Shown here in pieces: positions 59,851-64,000 of a stretch of 64,000 nt of DNA. The position numbers and the translations under genes were made by a program. Position 1 is the stretch's first letter. Every line of letters begins with the position of its first letter. This DNA comes from Bdellovibrionales bacterium (lineage in GTDB: Bacteria > Pseudomonadota > Alphaproteobacteria > UBA9219). Below the pieces are notes generated by a model that ran no database searches, was not told the origin of the DNA, and was given only the letters and a program-made list of their open reading frames with translations. Where the stretch lies: assembly GCA_040275305.1 (NCBI GenBank), contig JBEOJY010000005.1, forward strand, positions 393 through 64,392, in the 5' to 3' direction.

Positions 59851-61193
59851 AAAATCTCGCTGCTTGGCTATTGGCAAAATCGCGCGCGTCGAAGGGCGAA
59901 GCGTATGCGGCGCTTGACGTCGGCACGAGCAAAATCGCTTGCTTTATCGCGCGGTGCGACGAGGAAGGCAGGCCGCGCGTGATTGGCGTCGGGCATCAGC
60001 TCGCGGAGGGCATGCGCGGCGGTTCGGTGTCGGACATGGAGGCTTTGCAGAACGCGATCGGTTCGGCCGTCGCGACGGCGGAGCAAATGGCGGGCGAGAC
60101 CATAGACCGCGTGACGGTGAACGTCGCCGGGGCGCAGCTTAAGTCGCAGATGGTCAATATCGAGTTGCCACTTAATGGGCGCGAGATCAACGATAACGAT
60201 CTGCAACGCATTTTGGCGCAGGCGCAGGCGATGGCGCCTGAAGACGTTCAGGGCCATGCGCTGGAGCTTATTCACACGCTGCCTGTGCATTACGCCTTGG
60301 ACGGACAGAAGGGGATTCGCGATCCGGTCGGCATGACGGGCAATACGCTGCAGGCGCAGATGCATCTTGTTTCTTCGACTTTCGGTCCAGCGCGCACGTT
60401 GGTGACGGCGGTGGCGCGTTGCCATCTGACGGTCGACAAGTTGGTTGCGGCGCCTTATGCGAGCGGACTGGCCTGTCTTGTCGAAGACGAGATGGATCTT
60501 GGCTGCCTTGTGATCGACATGGGGGCTGGCACGACGAGCCTTGCGGTGTTTTTTGACGGGAATGTTGTGCACACCGAGGGGATTGCCGTCGGTGGTGGGC
60601 ATGTCACGAGCGATATCGCGCGCGGTCTTACGACTTCGATGGCGCAGGCTGAGCGGCTTAAAACTCTTTACGGCAATGCGGTACCGAGCGCGATGGATGA
60701 ACGCGAGATGCTTAACGTGCCTTTGGTCGGCGAGGAAGGCCCAGAAAACGCCAATCAGATTCCTAAATCGCATTTGATCCGCATTATCCAGCCACGACTT
60801 GAAGAGATTTTCGAGATGGTGCGCTCGCGCATGGAGCGTGGAGGATTTCAGGAGCAAGCCGGAAGGCGCGTCGTGTTGACGGGCGGCGCAAGCCAGCTTA
60901 CAGGCGCGCGCGAGATGGCTCAGAAGATTTTGGACAGGCAAGTGCGGTTGGGGCGGCCCTTGCGCGTGGCGCGTTCGATGCCGCGCGAGATTTCGGGCAG
61001 GGTTGCGAGCGGGGGAGTATCCGCGACGGGTTTGGCCGAGGCGACGTCGGGGCCCGCTTTCGCGACGACGGCGGGGCTTCTTGCCGTTGCGATGCAGCCA
61101 GATCTGGCGGCTATGGGCGGCTTTTTCGGCGAGCTGACCGGGGGAGGCAATCCCTTGTCGAAGGTTATGCAGTGGTTAAAGCAGAATATGTGA
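59847..61193 (+). CDS. ftsA: Cell division protein FtsA
   Basis: LDVGTSKI, DMGAGTT, AERLKT, VLTGGAS, amphipathic C-terminal helix WLKQNM. Confidence 0.96.
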   Translation: MKNLAAWLLAKSRASKGEAYAALDVGTSKIACFIARCDEEGRPRVIGVGHQLAEGMRGGSVSDMEALQNAIGSAVATAEQMAGETIDRVTVNVAGAQLKSQMVNIELPLNGREINDNDLQRILAQAQAMAPEDVQGHALELIHTLPVHYALDGQKGIRDPVGMTGNTLQAQMHLVSSTFGPARTLVTAVARCHLTVDKLVAAPYASGLACLVEDEMDLGCLVIDMGAGTTSLAVFFDGNVVHTEGIAVGGGHVTSDIARGLTTSMAQAERLKTLYGNAVPSAMDEREMLNVPLVGEEGPENANQIPKSHLIRIIQPRLEEIFEMVRSRMERGGFQEQAGRRVVLTGGASQLTGAREMAQKILDRQVRLGRPLRVARSMPREISGRVASGGVSATGLAEATSGPAFATTAGLLAVAMQPDLAAMGGFFGELTGGGNPLSKVMQWLKQNM

Positions 61194-61295
61194 GTTTTTG
61201 GGAGGATTTTGTCTTCTGCGACACTTGAATTGCTCACGTTATGTGCTAATAACCATGGCCGGAGCGGACAGAGCAAGCGGTTGATCGCTCTTCAT

Positions 61296-61369
<74 letters not shown>

Positions 61370-61420
61370 ATTTTTTTTATTTCAGACATCATGTGTTTCT
61401 TGAAAGGTTGACGCAAGCCA

Positions 61421-63658
61421 ATGGCAACCAGCGCTTCTCCTGCTTCCACGTTTATGAACGATCCCGACGAGTTGAGCCGGTTTCTTGCCGATCATGGCAT
61501 GTCGCGTGACGAATATGACGTGTTGCTGCGCGTGCTGGGACGCGAGCCGAGCAAGGCCGAGGCGGGAGTCACGGCGGCGATGTGGTCGGAGCATTGTTCG
61601 TACAAGTCGACGCGCGTGTGGCTTAAGCAGCTTCCGACCAAGGGACCGCAGGTGATTTGCGGGCCCGGCGAGAATGCGGGCGTGATCGACATTGGGGACG
61701 GGCTGGCGGCGATTTTTAAGATCGAGAGCCATAACCACCCTTCGTTCATCGAGCCATATCAGGGCGCGGCGACTGGCGTAGGCGGCATTTTGCGCGATGT
61801 GTTCACGATGGGCGCGAGGCCTATCGCCAATCTCAACGCGCTGCGTTTCGGCGATGTCAAACATCCAAAGACTCGTTCGCTTGTGTCGGGCGTGGTCGCG
61901 GGGATTGGCGGTTACGGCAACTGCATGGGCGTTCCGACTGTCGGCGGCGAGACGAATTTTCATGTGAGCTATAACGGGAATTGCCTTGTCAATGCCATGA
62001 CGGTGGGCATTGCAGACAGAAACCGCATTTTCTATTCACGCGCGGCAGGCATCGGGAATCCGGTTGTTTATGTTGGTTCTAAGACCGGACGCGACGGGAT
62101 CAAGGGCGCGACGATGGCTTCTGGCGAGTTCAATGCCGATGCCGAGAGCAAGCGGCCTACGGTGCAGGTGGGCGATCCGTTCACCGAGAAGCTTTTGATG
62201 GAAGCCTGTCTTGAGTTGATGGCGACGGACGCGATTGTCTCGATACAGGATATGGGCGCGGCGGGGCTGACCTCCTCGGCGGTCGAGATGGCCTCGAAGG
62301 GCGGGCTTGGCATTGCGCTTGACCTCGACAAGGTGCCGCTGCGCGAAGATGGCATGGATGCTTACGAGATTATGCTGTCGGAGAGTCAGGAGCGGATGCT
62401 TTTGGTTCTGAAGCCGGAACGCGAGGCTGAGGCTGCCAAGATTTTTGAGAAGTGGGAGCTGGATTTTTCGATCATCGGCAGACTAACCGACACAGGGCGG
62501 ATCGTTTGCTCTCGGCATGGCGCGGTCGAGGTCGATATTCCGGTTGGGCCGCTGGTCGAGCAATCGCCTTTATATAATCGTCCGTGGGAGCCGACTGCGG
62601 CGCAGCCCGTGGTTTCAGCAACGGCCTATCCTTTGCCGATCGGACAGACGCCGCTCGCTGTTCTTGAACAGCTGATGGCGTCGCCGGATTTGTGTTCGCG
62701 TCGCTGGATTTGGGAGCAGTATGACAGCCTCGTCAACGCCGATACGGCGATTGGGCCGGGAGGCGACGCGGCGGTTGTGCGCGTGCGCGATACGAACAAG
62801 GCGCTTGCGATGACGGTCGATTGCTCGCCGCGTTATTGCGCGGCGGATCCGGTGATGGGCGGCAGGCAGGCGGTGGTCGAGACGTGGCGCAATATTTGCG
62901 CGGTTGGCGCGAAGCCACTGGCGATCACCGACAATATGAATTTCGGGAACCCGGAAAAGCCGCTTATCATGGGGCAGTTCGTTGGCGCTGTGCAGGGAAT
63001 TAAAGACGCTTGCTTGGCGCTTGATTATCCGGTGGTGTCGGGCAATTGCAGCCTTTACAACGAGACGAATGGCAGCCCGATTTTGCCTGCTCCAGTGATT
63101 GGGGGCGTTGGTGTGCTGGACGATGTGGCGCTGACGACGACGATCGCGTTCAAGGCCGATGGCGAGGAGATTTACCTGATCGGCGAGACGAAGGGACATA
63201 TTGGGCAGTCTTTGTACTTGCGCGAGATCCATGGCAAGGAAGAAGGCGCGCCTCCGCCCGTAGACCTTCAGGCCGAGCGTAAGCACGGCGAATTCGTCCG
63301 CGCGTTAATTGCTAGCCGTAAAATTACGGCGTGCCACGATGTGTCGGATGGCGGGTTGCTGGTCGCGCTGGCGGAGATGGCTTTGGCCGGAGAACGCGGG
63401 TGCGCATTGGACGATCTGATTCAGGAATGCGGTCCGGCAGGATTGTGGTTTGGCGAGGATCAAGGGCGCTACGTTATCACGACTCGCGACGGTCATTGGT
63501 TGGAACAACGCGCGAAATCGGTAGGCATTCCTTTGATGCGTCTCGGCCAAGCGCAGGGATTGGCGATCACGTTGAAGGGCTGCGGCGCGCTTGATCTCGC
63601 GCAGTTGCGCAAGGGATTCGAGGGCTGGTTACCAAGATATATGGAAGAAACAACGTAG
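61421..63658 (+). CDS. purL: Phosphoribosylformylglycinamidine synthase subunit PurL
   Basis: [30 protein letters not shown] and HDVSDGG motifs. Confidence 0.97.
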   Translation: MATSASPASTFMNDPDELSRFLADHGMSRDEYDVLLRVLGREPSKAEAGVTAAMWSEHCSYKSTRVWLKQLPTKGPQVICGPGENAGVIDIGDGLAAIFKIESHNHPSFIEPYQGAATGVGGILRDVFTMGARPIANLNALRFGDVKHPKTRSLVSGVVAGIGGYGNCMGVPTVGGETNFHVSYNGNCLVNAMTVGIADRNRIFYSRAAGIGNPVVYVGSKTGRDGIKGATMASGEFNADAESKRPTVQVGDPFTEKLLMEACLELMATDAIVSIQDMGAAGLTSSAVEMASKGGLGIALDLDKVPLREDGMDAYEIMLSESQERMLLVLKPEREAEAAKIFEKWELDFSIIGRLTDTGRIVCSRHGAVEVDIPVGPLVEQSPLYNRPWEPTAAQPVVSATAYPLPIGQTPLAVLEQLMASPDLCSRRWIWEQYDSLVNADTAIGPGGDAAVVRVRDTNKALAMTVDCSPRYCAADPVMGGRQAVVETWRNICAVGAKPLAITDNMNFGNPEKPLIMGQFVGAVQGIKDACLALDYPVVSGNCSLYNETNGSPILPAPVIGGVGVLDDVALTTTIAFKADGEEIYLIGETKGHIGQSLYLREIHGKEEGAPPPVDLQAERKHGEFVRALIASRKITACHDVSDGGLLVALAEMALAGERGCALDDLIQECGPAGLWFGEDQGRYVITTRDGHWLEQRAKSVGIPLMRLGQAQGLAITLKGCGALDLAQLRKGFEGWLPRYMEETT

Positions 63659-63668
63659 GAGGCTTTCG

Positions 63669-63923
63669 ATGCCGATGACTGCGGAAGAAATTGAGCGTCT
63701 TATCATGGAGGCGATGCCGGATGCCGTGATTGAAATCAAGGATCTGCGCGGCGACGGCGATCACTATCAGGTGTATGTCGAGAGCCGCGCTTTTACCGGA
63801 TTGCCGCGCGTGCGCCAGCATCAGATGGTTTATGCTGCGCTTCAGGGGCGGGTCGGCGGCGTTTTACATGCGCTTGCCTTGACGACAGCGGCGCCAGCGC
63901 GTCAAGCTCAGGCGAGAAAATAG
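63669..63923 (+). CDS. bolA: BolA-family protein
   Basis: GDGDHY, RVRQHQMVY and LHALAL motifs. Confidence 0.92.
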   Translation: MPMTAEEIERLIMEAMPDAVIEIKDLRGDGDHYQVYVESRAFTGLPRVRQHQMVYAALQGRVGGVLHALALTTAAPARQAQARK

Positions 63924-63945
63924 GGCCACTTGGAGGAGGAATCTT

Positions 63946-64000
63946 ATGGTTGACGCAACGCTTGTCGAACGCATTGAGCATGAGCTTACCACGAATGACG
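63946..64000 (+). CDS. grxD: Probable monothiol glutaredoxin (partial, runs off the window)
   Basis: ggaggagg RBS; MVDATLVERIEHELTTND; the order purL-bolA-grxD is typical of alphaproteobacteria. Confidence 0.6.
   Translation, partial: MVDATLVERIEHELTTND

Overview
A 64-kb, GC-rich alphaproteobacterial chromosome segment (Rhodospirillales-like gene order), mostly housekeeping: divL, a tsaE-amgK fusion, pyrH-tsf-rpsB, rplI-rpsR-rpsF, purB, nadE, phaZ, rsmE, prs, ferredoxin and reductase, rluC-asmA-ATP12, pyrB/pyrC, rplY-pth-ychF-yebC, flgE-flgK-flgL, lptD, murU-addB-addA-trxA, phasin, ftsQ-ftsA, tRNA-Gly and purL-bolA-grxD. Three things stand out. (1) A five-gene minus-strand operon at 32.1-36.1 kb has the architecture of a Fap-type functional-amyloid secretion system: a FapF-like barrel, a FapD-like C39 peptidase and two accessory proteins with double-Gly motifs. 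Its putative major subunit is an unusual DS[F/Y]N-repeat protein, and a perfect FNR/FixK-type box lies upstream. (2) A peptidoglycan-precursor module at 41.6-46.3 kb combines a membrane-anchored MurF-like ligase, an alpha/beta hydrolase, a VanX-like dipeptidase and a divergent Ddl, while ftsQ-ftsA lack their usual ddl and ftsZ neighbours. (3) About ten MITEs with ends resembling at least four IS families, several with target-site duplications, each carry a REP-like palindrome in the centre; one palindrome arm sits in frame inside murU. All assignments come from reading motifs by eye; no database searches were run.
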